64,000 nucleotides of DNA, from positions 32,302,001 through 32,366,000 of the forward strand of contig OX597826.1 of assembly GCA_951406725.2 (NCBI GenBank). Reading direction: 5' to 3'. How positions within the stretch are numbered: position 1 is the stretch's first letter; each line of letters starts with the position of its first letter. The translations under genes were made by a program, and so were the position numbers. This stretch comes from Octopus vulgaris. Taxonomy: Eukaryota. Below are positions 51,810 to 64,000 of the stretch, piece by piece. The notes beneath the pieces are model-generated. The model searched no databases and was not told where the DNA came from. It saw only the letters and a list, made by a program, of their open reading frames with translations.

Positions 51810-52563
51810 TGTGGGCATATAGAACTGTATGTATACATGAGTCTGTGCCTGTTTGTATTAGTTCTTCTCTCTCACTCACAACCAATGTTGGTTTGGTTAC
51901 ATCTCCACAATGTAACAGTTCAGCTCAAGATACCAGTAGAAACGTAATAGGTACCAGACAGAAAAACAACAACACCAACAAATGCAGGGGTCAATTTGTT
52001 TGAGTAACCCCTTCAAGATAATGCCCCAGCACAGGTCTCAATGACTGAAACACGTAAAAGAATAAGAGAATGAAAGAATAAAAGAATAATTTATTAGAAA
52101 CAGAATAGATGTTAGGATTGCTGTTGTAGAAGAGGTGAGAGTGGGTTCTACATTAATTTCAGATTTAATTTTAATATCCGAGGCTGTTAGGCTTCGTCAC
52201 TGAAGCATAAATATGAGAGCATTTACTGAAGTGGTGATGAAAGAATCACTAAATAGATGCATAGTAATGTACATGAGTAGGCGAAGGAAATTAGCATATT
52301 CAAAATAATGTAACATATTTAAAAAAAAGTAATTAACTGAAGCTAATTACTCGATGATGGCATCTGCATGAAAAACAGTCGTTAAGTTAGTATTAACATA
52401 TTTAATGTAATGACTATAAAAAAAAAATTCTTATTAGAAATAATTATGCAGTGAAAATAAAGTGTGTTGTCCAGTGGTTAGAGTGTTTGGATCATGGTCC
52501 TATGTTTGAGAGTTCCATTCCTGGACTGAGGAGTGCAGTTGAGCAAGTTATTTTTTCTCCACG

Positions 52564-52723
52564 AGCAGGAGTGGCTGTGTGGTAAGTAGCTTGCTAACCA
52601 ACCACATGGTTCCGGGTTCAGTCCCACTGCGTGGCACCTTGGGCAAGTGTCTTCTGCTATAGCCCCGGGCCGACCAATGCCTTGTGAGTGGATTTGGTAG
52701 ACGGAAACTGAAAGAAGCCTGTC

Positions 52724-52773
<50 letters not shown>

Positions 52774-53003
52774 ATGTGTGTGTATGTGTTTGTGTGTCTG
52801 TGTTTGTCTCCCTAGCATTGCTTGACAACCAATGCTGGTGTGTTTACGTCCCTGTCATTTAGCGGTTTGGCAAAAGAGACTGATAGAATAAGTACTGGGC
52901 TTACAAAGAATAAATCCCGAGGTCGATTTACTCGACTAAAGGCGGTGCTCCAGCATGGCCGCAGTCAAATGACTGAAACAAGTAAAAGAGTAAAAGAGTA
53001 AAG
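52564..53003 (+). mobile_element. Full-length young SINE family C
   Basis: Head GCAGGAGTGGCTGTGTGGTAAG, GGGTTCAGTCCC, CORE-like ACCTTGGGCAAGT, internal (TA)n(TG)n and 3' (GTAAAAGA)n tail; CpGs retained. Confidence 0.9.
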
Positions 53004-53007
53004 AGAG

Positions 53008-54002
53008 AGCATGGGTGGGGATGCATAGTTAAGAAGTTTGTATTACAACCACAAGATCTTGGTTGCAATGCACATGGTTGCAGGTTCAGTTTCACTCTGT
53101 AGCACCTTCGGCAACTGTCTTCTACCATAGACCCAGGCTGATGATTGCCTTATGAGTAAATTCGGTTGATGGAAACTGTGTAGAAGCCCATCATTTTCCT
53201 CATTCCAACAAAGTGCCATGCTTGGAATGTCATTTCCACTACTTTTTTTTTCCAACTGTAACTTTCACTAAGCATCGATCTAATATATCCATTGTGTACG
53301 TCCAATTGACTTTTGTCGTTTTTTCCTGTTTTGTATTTTTTACTTGCCTCTGTGTGTGTGTGTGTATGTATGTGTATATGTGTGTGTGTGCATACATGTG
53401 TGTGTATACGTGTACTTATGCATGTATATGTGAGCATGCATGTGTGTATATTTGTACGTATGTATATATATAAAATAAAATACAAAATGGGACAAGAACG
53501 CAAAACATCCGGACAACTAAATGATACAAAAAGGGACAACTAAACATCCAGATAGACGATACAAAAAAACACGGACGGGTCATTCGAAGCCCTTAATCTT
53601 CAGTCAAGAACCGGATCATCCCAGCAATCTCGGCTGGTCTGTGTGTGTGTATATGTGTATGTATTTATGTGTGTAAATGTGTACAGATGTATGTATGCAT
53701 GCATGTGTGTGTGTGCATGCGTGTGTGTACATGTATATGTATGTATGTATATGTGAGTGTGTGTTTGTGTGTGTGTATGTGTGTGTGTGTGCCTTTTGTC
53801 TTTGTTTCCACCACCACTTGCCAACTGGTGTTGAATTTTGTTTACACCCCCATGACTTAGTGGTTTGGCAAAAGAGACTAACAGAAGTGCCAGATTAGAA
53901 AATATGCATTGAGTTTGATTTGTTCAACTAAATCCTTTTCTGCGCAGTATTCCCCAGCATGGCAGCAGTCCAGTGAGTGAAACAATTAAAAGATAAAAGA
54001 TT
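53008..54002 (+). mobile_element. Older family C halves (53008-53190 and 53765-54002) with intervening (TG)n and an inserted repeat (53472-53640)
   Basis: Match to the family C 5' and 3' halves. Confidence 0.6.
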
Positions 54003-55599
54003 ACTTCAGTCTACACAGCTGTCACATCTTGGATGCTCCACCAAGTCAAGGGTGAGAGTGAGCCAAGAAAGATGAATGTTTGTTTTTGGCTACATAAACA
54101 CCTAAAAGAAATTGGTGAAAGCATGTTATATGCTACCAAGTCAAACCTCCATGATCATGGCAATCGTCATAGTGGAGCAGAGAGGGAAAGATAATATTAG
54201 CTCCATAATGAGATATCATTTTAATCATGTTGGGTATGTTTCAGTTTTATTAGACCTCCTCAGTAAAACATAGACTTCATTGTAGATATTGACTTAGTAA
54301 CAAGAGAAACAGTAAGTGGATGTACAGTATTGATAACATCTAATTTACTCAGGGTTGCCTTCCACACAAAAAAGCAACAGTTAAGTTAGTGCTCATACAT
54401 TATCATTAACATAATTATTCACCAACGTATTTAAATCCCTGTCTTTCATGCCATTACTTCAATGATTTTTGTTTTTTGGAGCAAGTTCATCATGTGCCAT
54501 CTTCACACAGACCTTTCCATTCCAGTTCTGCCACTTCATGTCAATGTCTGTATTATGTCCATTCCTCAGATTTGCCACTAATTATACTCAGTCCTTACTC
54601 TACAAAATTTTGGTTCTCTAGAATTCCCTATCTGTCTTCATTTTCCTTGCTACCATCAACCTACATTATTGAAGAGGGAAGATTATCTGCATCAATCTCA
54701 TCAATTTGAAAAGGCCAGCAAAAGCAATGGGCTCAAGCATTCTTCTTCCACTGACGAAAGTTAAATAATGTAAATGGGAAAAAACACAAATAATAAAAAC
54801 CAACAAAAAACCCAAAACGAAGCAAATTTATATCTATTAATTTGAAATCAAACTTAATTTATTTTTCTCTATTCAGAGACAATGTATCAAGGACGACTTC
54901 ATACAATCTGTCATTTCTTTTGAGGTAGATGTGGCTACCATTTCTGTTAAGTCGTGCATCAGTTTAGTGTGGTGTCAGTTAATACCAGCTCAGCCATATT
55001 GAAAGGCTATATTATCAAAGGCATACCAACGGTGACCAAACCGTTCTTTCTTTTCCTTTTTTCCTTTCGTTTGCTGTTGTTGTGGCATTTGACAGTTGAT
55101 TTATGTCTCAAAGCTTGTTGATCGTTACCCAAGAGATTACAAAACGTGTCTGGTGGCAGAAGGTGGTGCACATTTTGAATATTTGAATCAAATACAGCAG
55201 TTTGTTTTTTGATGTTTTATTAATAAAAATTATAGTATTTGCATAAAAGTCTTCAACTTTTCGTTTTTGTTAGCTCTTGGCTTATGGCAGATACTTTAGC
55301 AAAACAAGACACCATCGGCAAGGAAGGAAAAGGAAAAGAAAGAACAAGAGAAAGAACGAGAGTGGGAGAGAGAGTGAAAGAGAGAGAGAAAGAGAAGAGC
55401 AAGGGAGGAAAAAAGAAATATAAAGTTAACAATTGACTTCAACAGAAACGGTGCTTTTGATCATAAGTCTGCTCTATCAGGTTTGACCCGAGGTTAAGCA
55501 ACAAAAACGGCAATGCCAAATACAGTCAAGTAGATTATCAGTGACCAGGTCAGAGACGTAAGATGAAAGACTTTGATACCTTATAATATATAATAGTCT

Positions 55600-55612
55600 T
55601 GTAGTAGTAGTA

Positions 55613-55670
<58 letters not shown>

Positions 55671-55708
55671 CAACAACAACAACAATAATAAATATAATAA
55701 TAATAATG
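55600..55708. repeat. (TAG)n-(TAA)n-(CAA)n microsatellite
   Basis: Directly visible. Confidence 0.9.
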
Positions 55709-56214
55709 TACTAAATGGGAATGTAACTGTGTTTATGTGTTTTAATAACTATGCTGAATCTACCACAAAGCTGTACATTACATACAACATATATACGTGT
55801 GTATGTGTGTGTGTGTAATACATGGTTGAATACTCTAAATAAAGTTGCTAGCCCTGCAAAATCTTTTGTTGCTATAGAAAAATTTATATGTTAAGAAATG
55901 ACAAGAGAAAGTTATAAGGTTTCATTGGCGATACATTGAATGGTTTGCTGAAGTATTTTAGTTATACGATTTTGTGTGTAAAACTTCACGGAAAGAAAAG
56001 CTGGAGGACTTTGCAGTTCAGTAAAACAACATACTAAAAAAATATATATAATAAAGAATAAGTTAAACAGAGTTAATAAGAAGAAATTGAAGAAGTTGCT
56101 TATATATTTTGTAATATTATAGATGGTTATATTTTCATTCTGAGAAGACAATCACTAATACATTTGAAACAGCTGTAGAAATTCAGATACAAGCTTTTTT
56201 TCAAAGGGAAATAT

Positions 56215-56590
56215 AAGAAGTTTGCTTCCCAACCACATGGTTCGAGGTTCAGTCCCACCATATGGTACCTTGGGGAAGTGTCTTCCACTATAACCTTAGA
56301 CTAAAGTAGAAGACATTACTAGTCTTGTGAGTGGATTTGGTTGATGGAAACTGAAAGAAGCCTGTCATATATGTATATGTGTGTGTCTTTGTGCCTGTGT
56401 TCTCCACCACTGTTTGACAACCAGCATTAGTTCGTTTATGTTCCTATAACTTTGAGGTTTGTCAAAAGAGACCAATTATATAAGCACCAAGCTTAAAACA
56501 ATACTAGGTGGGAGTTAATTCATTCAACTAAAAATTCTTCAAGGTGATGCCCCAGCTTGGCCAGAGCCTTATGACTGAAACAAGTAAAAG
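56215..56590 (+). mobile_element. SINE family C, near full-length
   Basis: Collinear with 52564-53003; short internal TG tract. Confidence 0.8.
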
Positions 56591-56617
56591 GTAACAGAGA
56601 AAAGCTACCTTCCTATG

Positions 56618-56750
56618 CATTAGCGTAGCTAGTGTGTGCCTCCCAGGTCGGCCCTTCCATTTGCTTCCCCCAGACCCCACAAAAACATATTGCCTACAGC
56701 AGACCCAAAAGTGCCACCTGGGTGCAGACCACCCCCACCAGCTACGCGTG
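56618..56750. mobile_element. Degenerate hAT-like MITE
   Basis: GC-rich island with GCGTAGCT / AGCTACGC inverted ends; no clear TSD. Confidence 0.35.
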
Positions 56751-57854
56751 GAATACTAATATGGTTTCAAATTATGGCACAAGGCCAGCATTTTGGGTGG
56801 TGGTAGTGGGGGTGGGGGTGGCAGTAAACCAAATACGACTCCAGTACTCGACTGGTATCTTATATTACTGAGTCCCAATATGATGTAGGGCAAAGTTGAC
56901 CTCAGCAAGATTTGAATTCAAATATAATTCATACGATACACTAATGATTCTGCCAGCTCAAGTGACATTCGTATGTCAGAAAAATGCATATTTGCATTAC
57001 AGAGCATGTATGCAAGTGCACATTTATGAAGCCCCCAGAGACATACAACATCCATGACATCACAGTTATCGTCAAGATAACAGAACATCAAGTATTTGAG
57101 ATTTAAGAAAGCTATTTTCATTAATAAATTGAATCCATCTATGAACAATAGTCCTAAACTGCATGAAGTGGGTTGGCTATTTTAACAATACTAGTCAGCA
57201 CATGTAACAATCATCTCCTTGCATATATCTGAGTAAAAGATATCAGCATGTAGCCATTCTCCATTTTCTCTTGATAAAGGGGTTTTGATCCTGAGATATT
57301 GAAATATAGGGTAAAGTGTAAACTGTTGTTTTGTCTTCCTTGCTTCTTATTTCACTTTTCCATTTCCAATTTCCATTGTCTTGGAATTTAAGAATCTTAT
57401 AACGACTGCAATCACGAGATACTTCATTCAAACTACACTGTCATCATTGCTGTCATCCTCAACATCATCGTCATAGTTGTCCTCATCGTCGTCGCCATTG
57501 TTGTTGTCAATATCATCATCATCATCATCATCACTTTTGTATTACGTCCAGTTTCCATGCTTGCATGGGTCAAATGGAACTTCTTGAGACAGATTTTCTA
57601 TTGCTGGATGGATGGATGCACTTACCACTGCCAACCCTTATCTCATCTGTTTCCCAAGTGAGACAATATACCCCCTCCTTGGCCACACATTTTTCATGGA
57701 AGATTGGAAATGAGCAACAATGCTAATAAGGCTCTATGATAGGGATGCTCATTTGCAGTCATCACAGGAAGTCAAGACAAAGCTGCATGCACACACACAC
57801 ACACACACACACGCCTTCGCGCATACATAGAACATATACACATACAAATATATG

Positions 57855-58010
57855 GCAGGCTGCTTTTAGTTTCCATGTACCAAATCTACACACAAGACTT
57901 TGATCAGCCCATGGCTATGCAACAAGAAATTTGCCTAAGTTACCATGCAGCAGAATTGAACACAAGACCATGTGCTTAGGGAGCTAGCTTCTTAACCACA
58001 CAGCCACACC
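57855..58010 (-). mobile_element. SINE family C 5' half
   Basis: Matches the family C head and core. Confidence 0.7.
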
Positions 58011-59589
58011 TGTCACTATCACAGTCTGTAAATTAACTTTAATTAAAACTATGTATGGTATTCATTAAAAGTACAGCATCTCTTGGAATAATTTACCAAA
58101 GATACTAAACTATGAGTTTCTGTTATAGATGGGTTAATCAACTAGAATAATCTGAAAACCATTGGATATCATAATACGAAAAGCAGAGAAGGCCTACATA
58201 ACTAAAGACAAAGGAAAAAAAAAAACTCAGAAAGATATTTCTCATACGTCAAAGGTTAAATTCAAAGAGATAACATGCTGATGGCAAAAATGGTCTGGAA
58301 AGTGTTACCCTTAACAAAGGTCATTTTTGGTAGTTTAAAAGAAATAAACATACTGTGTGTAAGGTTGCTACAAGAGCAAACGTTGAAGTGTGGAAACTTC
58401 AAAAACATATAATATCGCAAGATAAGAGAAAAATGAAAATAACTGACATATCTTGCAGTGTTTATAACAGCAGAAGTACTTATTACTGATTAGTAATAAA
58501 TATTGGCAATCAATACATGTTCTCAGCTCCAAACAACACTGATAAGGCTTAAACATACTCGGAGGAATAAATTTTGTCGAATAAATGAAAGATAAAACAA
58601 ATACGTATGCATGCACGCACATACACACACAAACACACAGTCACACATGTGTATAATACTTGCACATACATACATATATACATACATATCTAAATATATA
58701 TATATGTATATACATACATGATAACATATATGTAAATCAGTGTGATCTATGTACGCAAACGTGTAAGTTTATAACAGACAGATGGACTTGTATAGGTGAC
58801 TGTTAGTGGGTCTTTAAGTTGATGTTAACATATTTAGCCATTGTAGGTTTGTCTGTATACATACATACATACATACATATATATATATGTGTGTATATAT
58901 ATATATATAAAACAAGAAAGATAGAGAGAGAGAGTGAAAGAAAAATGAGTAAAAGAATAAAGAAACCTATTTGTACGAAAAGAATTATCCCACATTGATA
59001 AAAGAGACTCTACAAGGTGACTCAGCATGCTAGATATTGCAGTCAAATCGTGCTGTAATCACACACTGCTGTTTTAGAAAAAAGGAAGTCATGTTGAATA
59101 ATGTGGTCCTCAATGCACACTGAATGATAAAAAAGATAGCTGACATTGTTTAAATGCTGTTGATTTAATGGAGCGAGAAAGAGAGAGGGAGAGGGGGAGA
59201 GAGAGAAAGAGAGAGAGAAAGATAGTGAGAGTTAAAGATAGATAGATAGATAGATAGAAACACACATACATACATACACACACACATACATATACATACA
59301 TACACACATACATACCCACATATACATATATACCCACACATGCTGTTTAAGGTTACATTTTTTACCCCCTTGACAACCTCTCATCACTCATAACCCACTC
59401 ATCACTCAACCCTCAATCATGGTCCCTTCTTATCACCCACCCCCACCATTTATTACTCTCTGTGTTTATCTATCTCTTGCTATCCATCATTCTGTTGCTT
59501 CTAACCCTCGTAGTTTTGACATCACAATAGCATGCGCCCTGAACACTCTGCTAAGCATAGGGTTGTGAGAATGCTTTGTTCTTGTTGAA

Positions 59590-59865
59590 GCTGTAACAAC
59601 ATCATCACCAGCGCTGGTACCATAAAAATGTTTAAAGTGGTTGGTGTTAGGAAGGGCATCTGCCCATTGAAATCACCCCCGCCACACCACCATTCACAAA
59701 TGACTCCTACTAGTGAGATATGGGCCTCTGAACCATCTAGAAGAGAAGAATATGACCAAGTAGTCCATGCCAGTATGGAAAGGAGGTGTGAAACAACAGT
59801 GGTGATGGTCGTGGTGGTAATGGCAATGAGGATTATGATGATGATGATGATGATGATGATGATTG
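59590..59865 (+). mobile_element. Family B element with (GAT)n tail
   Basis: GTGGTTGGTGTTAGGAAGGGCATC and CCATGCCAGTATGGAAA. Confidence 0.6.
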
Positions 59866-60594
59866 CAATGGTTGAACCACACTTGCTGTTGCAATAGACG
59901 AAACTCTATGGTTGTGAAATGATGATCCATAGTGAACTGAAGATGTACAATTAAACAAATATAATTAACAAATTGAGCATGTGATTCTTGTTAGCATCTT
60001 TGTGGATGAGTATTCCACAGACATGTGTACACTTAATGTAATTTTCTGGCAGAATTAGCATGACACAGTGATGAGGAGGGGTCTTAAAATCATAGGTCCA
60101 AAATCTCTTCATCAGGCTTCCATAGAGTTTCTATCAATCCAGTTTCACTCAAGGCTTGGCTTGGCCCATTGGTGTTGTAAAAACAGTTTTGCCAAATACC
60201 ATACGGTGCAATTGGGCCCATGACCTTTTGATTGTGAAATGAACTTCCTAACCATTTTGCCATACTTGCATTCTCTTGAAAATATAAGAAATCTTTATAG
60301 ATATATTCATACAACATTGATCAGAGAGGACATCAACCATGATATGCAGCAGGGCGCTCAATTCCAGCATCACATTACAAAACAGGTTCCATTTTACAAA
60401 TTGGTAAGCATAGATGTGTACATGTGTGTGTGTGTGGGGTGGTGGTACTTGTGGGTGTGTGCTTGTGGGTGTGTGTAAAACTGTGTTGTCTCATAGATAT
60501 CAATAAAAACAGCTTCCTACATTCAAAGAATTTTGTGATACTTGATGTTAAGATGCTGCAATATTTTTACATGACGCACAGCAGAACCAAAAAG

Positions 60595-60634
<40 letters not shown>

Positions 60635-63444
60635 TACACACACATTTGATCACTCAGTAATTCTAGAGATTCAGACACAGAAACTAAATAAGCAATGCAA
60701 ACCAAAACTATAAACCAATCTTTTAGAGAAAAATCCTTTCCATTATGAAATATTGGATATTTTACATTTATTCTTTAATGCATCATTTTAAATCTTCTCA
60801 TGTAATTAAATGGAATAATTAATTTAAATTAAAAGCAATATTCATAACAACTGGTAATTTTCAAAATGTCTTAATTTTATGTTAATGTTGGTATGAATAT
60901 TTTTGTCAAGTAAGACATCTATAGATCTGCATGCATTCTATGAACCTTTGTAAACTGGTTTTGATGATATTTGGTTTTCTGGCATGACTGATGTATTGGA
61001 AAACATCATATAAATTAAATGCTATTGCTAAGCAAGTATTTCTTTATGTTGAGAATCAATCACATTAGTTTCTCATCTTTTATACATTTATCAACCCCAG
61101 TGGTTAACCATTTTGCTTTTTAAGCAGAATCGGTGATCTTTTAATACTATGGAATTGTCCAGTAACTAATACGTCATAAAGTATAACTATGTGGTACTAT
61201 TTATTAAGCTGTAGCTTGCATCTCTACTACTAGTTGAAACCTATTTAAGGCTATCTAAGCAAGCTAATTATATTGAAGTAAATGGCTGATGTAACTTGTC
61301 CAAATATGACCTCATTGTGAATTGATGTCAAGTTTATAATCACAATCATGTAACTAATGTGCATTTGTGTGTGGTAGTACTAATAATGTTACGAATGATA
61401 ATTTTTGTAATAATAATAACAATAATAATAATAATAATGATAATGATGATGATGATAATGATGGTTATGATAATGATTTTATGTATAGATAAAAATATAA
61501 ATAAATATTTGGTTTGGGAATACAACTGATTCATAAATTTAGTTGGAATATCTACTAAATTAATTGGGTGGTAAATAAAAAAAATAATCAATGCGTTACA
61601 CAAATTTTACAATATAGTCAGTTTTCTCTAATCATAAATAAATTAGGTTTTTTTTTAAATAGCAAAGAAGCATGAGGAGAATTTATTGATAATTCAAAAA
61701 AGTGGTTGAACCAGCAAAAAAAACCCCAACTCAATTAATTTGTTTTGTCAACAACAACAACTAGCATCAACACCAGTTGGTGTGTTAAATCCTCAGCAGA
61801 GATCAAATGGGATTACCTGGAGGGGTAATCATAAATATATGAAAAAGCAAATAAATATTTACTTCTATTATGAGATAAAACCCATTCAATAATGTTTTAA
61901 AGGAGAGTTTATAGAATCCCACAAGACTAATGGTTCAATATGTAATCTGATAATTTTCACTCAAACCTAAATCTCAATAAGCTTTCAGAAAAACAGGCTT
62001 GTATCACTGTTGTGTATTCAGATGATGTTTTCATTGGTTAATATATATTCTATTCAAATATTTTTGGAGAACATCTTTTACAACTATTTCAATAATTGAA
62101 CAAAAGATTTCCCTGTATAAATATTCCATATGAAAGCAAATTTTATAAGAGTTACTTGAGTATAACAATCGTTATATAATGGTATATACTACTACATTAT
62201 GTATCAACAGAGTTAAATGTATGCCTCTATTTAAAATATTGCTAACCTGAATAGAAGATGATAAATTAAATAGGGAATATAGATATAAATATATTATGTA
62301 TTAATCTTAAGATTAGATTTTTAACTCTGAAATAAATTCAGTTGATACACATTCCAATATTTCATTTCCTATGCTTTGAACAGGAAGCAAAGCATAGTTT
62401 TAGAGGCTGTGTACAAAGAAAGAAAAAAACAAGTGTTATGTTTTGAACTATTTTCATTAAATCTATTGTTTGCAGATTAAAAAGTTAATCTATTGTAAAA
62501 TAGAAAGGAAAAAAAAAACCTGCGCATTATTTAAAATTACTGAGTGAAGCAGTAACATTAGACATTTATGCACTAAATAAATTATTATTTGGTGCCAAGA
62601 AACAAATATTTAGTTGCAATCCAATGATATGGTGGACAGTCACTATGGAATGTACTTACGCAGTAAATAGACAGCGCACACAGTGGTTTACAAATGGTTG
62701 GGTACTTTTGAAAGCATGTTAAGCCAAAGCGTCATTGTTCCCGTCCCCTTCTGAAACAAGAAATATCGGACCTAGAATGTGGAGTGTGTTGAAAAATGAA
62801 TCAAAAAAGAAAGAAAAAGAAGGAAAGCGTGGAAAAACAAAAACAGTTGAAATAAAAGGAATCAAAGATAAAACTGGCTACATTGGCAACGATTCAACAA
62901 ACAAGGCGAGGTTTTTAGTAGGATGCCTTTGGTATAAGTTAAGGACATTTACGTTATTATACATCATACATAATTAACCATCAACAATACAATATACACA
63001 ATAAACCTGCAACAGTGTACATAACAGAATTTATGTAGAACATCACACCACATTGCATTAGGCAACTACCAGAAAACAAACCATTAACTTGAATAGCTCA
63101 GAAAATAGGCGTTGGTGAAATGTTTACCAAATATAAATATGGAATATAGTTGAAAGAGTTCAGAATTATAATTTACTGCAGTTCTATCTATTGAACTCTC
63201 AAAATTGCAATTCTGAAGATTCACAGATGAAACTGTAAGCAATACTTTTGAACTATTTTCAACTTTAGTTTTTATTTATAATACTCTTATCCCAGTATTG
63301 AGTTCTTTGTGACTGTTGTTGTCTGTACTGTTGGTCAACAATTACAGAATTTAATCAAAGCAGCAGGATATATGAAATTATTGTTGCCTATTAAATTGTA
63401 GCCCTACAATATGCATATGTAATATGTAACTGTATTAAACATGA

Positions 63445-63455
63445 AAATAATAATG

Positions 63456-63505
<50 letters not shown>

Positions 63506-63685
63506 TTCTATTACAGGCACAAGGCCTAAAATTTTATGGGAGGGGATTAGTCGATTACATCGATCCCCAGTGCTTCACTGGTATTTAATTTATCAACCCC
63601 GAAAGGATGAAAGGCAAAGTCTGAACTCAGAATGTAATGACAGACAAAATGCCGCTAAGCATTTTGCCTGACATGTTAATGATTC
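63445..63685 (-). mobile_element. SINE family A with (ATT)n tail
   Basis: Family A core and tail 1 on the minus strand, with a small internal deletion. Confidence 0.8.
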
Positions 63686-63699
63686 TGAGAAGTATGAGT

Positions 63700-63900
63700 C
63701 ACTGAAGGAAGGGATTGGAAAGTGGTGGGGGATGAAGAAGGTTTTAGGGATTTCAGAGGTGATTGGAGCAGTGAGATGCATATTGTAGAATCTTGAGAAG
63801 CTTGTAAATGAAATTGGAATTGGTGCAAGGTTTACAGAGAATGCAGAAGACAAACACTTCTTGGCACAGCAAGGATTTTAAGAAAAGTCTTGTCTGTATT
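63700..63900 (-). pseudogene. Possible decayed LINE ORF2 tether-region relic
   Basis: ISFTSFSRFYNMHLTAPITSEI resembles the F.S....YN.P(F/I)T..E(L/I) motif preceding LINE RT; purine-skewed region. Confidence 0.3.
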
Positions 63901-64000
63901 AAGGCTTAGGAGAAGAAGGGATCATTATCGACTTGTTGACTACTCCCTAACTGAAATGAATTGATCATTTTAACATCTATTTGGGATTTACAAAAATGAA

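Larger units (their letters stand above)
51527..51820 (-). mobile_element. tRNA-headed element carrying tandem hammerhead-like motifs
   Basis: Minus-strand order: tRNA-like head (51809-51735), (AAT)n, two hammerhead-like motifs, then an (AATGTAAAT)-repeat tail. Confidence 0.7.
51065..52065 (+). mobile_element. Old SINE family C split by two nested insertions
   Basis: 5' half at 51065-51225 and 3' half at 51840-52065; the internal microsatellite hosts a MULE MITE and the tRNA-hammerhead element. Confidence 0.65.

Noticed and set aside
53575-53640. Hammerhead at minus-strand CUGAAGA...GAA
   Set aside because: No consistent stem I or stem III can be formed around the core.
1191-63853. Supplied six-frame ORFs as protein-coding genes
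   Set aside because: Almost all are translations of di- or trinucleotide microsatellites or of SINEs, many with TTG/GTG starts. Only short transposon-derived motifs are recognisable.

Overview
AT-rich, microsatellite-dense eukaryotic non-coding DNA (intronic or intergenic). The repeat landscape of tRNA-headed SINE families, RTE-type tails and (TA)n/(CA)n/(ATC)n tracts suggests a cephalopod (Octopus-like) genome, but that assignment is inference. No intact protein-coding gene is supportable: nearly all supplied ORFs are translated microsatellites. The window contains many SINE copies (labelled families A-D, F and H here), MITEs of hAT, Mutator, Kolobok, piggyBac and mariner type (several with readable TSDs), and decayed LINE/transposase fragments. 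The most notable signal is a set of minimal type-I hammerhead-ribozyme-like motifs (12743-12805, 26312-26361, 43062-43099, 43385-43420, 51586-51666) in short, mostly (TA)n-embedded, Penelope-like fragments, two of them inside fold-backs. One tandem pair is fused behind a tRNA-type Pol III promoter, a candidate Penelope-mobilised, ribozyme-bearing SINE. Also notable are a chimeric SINE trimer inserted as one unit (16-bp TSD), a perfect 42-bp MITE hairpin, and minus-strand recursive-splice-site-like motifs. All calls were made by eye; repeat boundaries are approximate unless TSDs are given.
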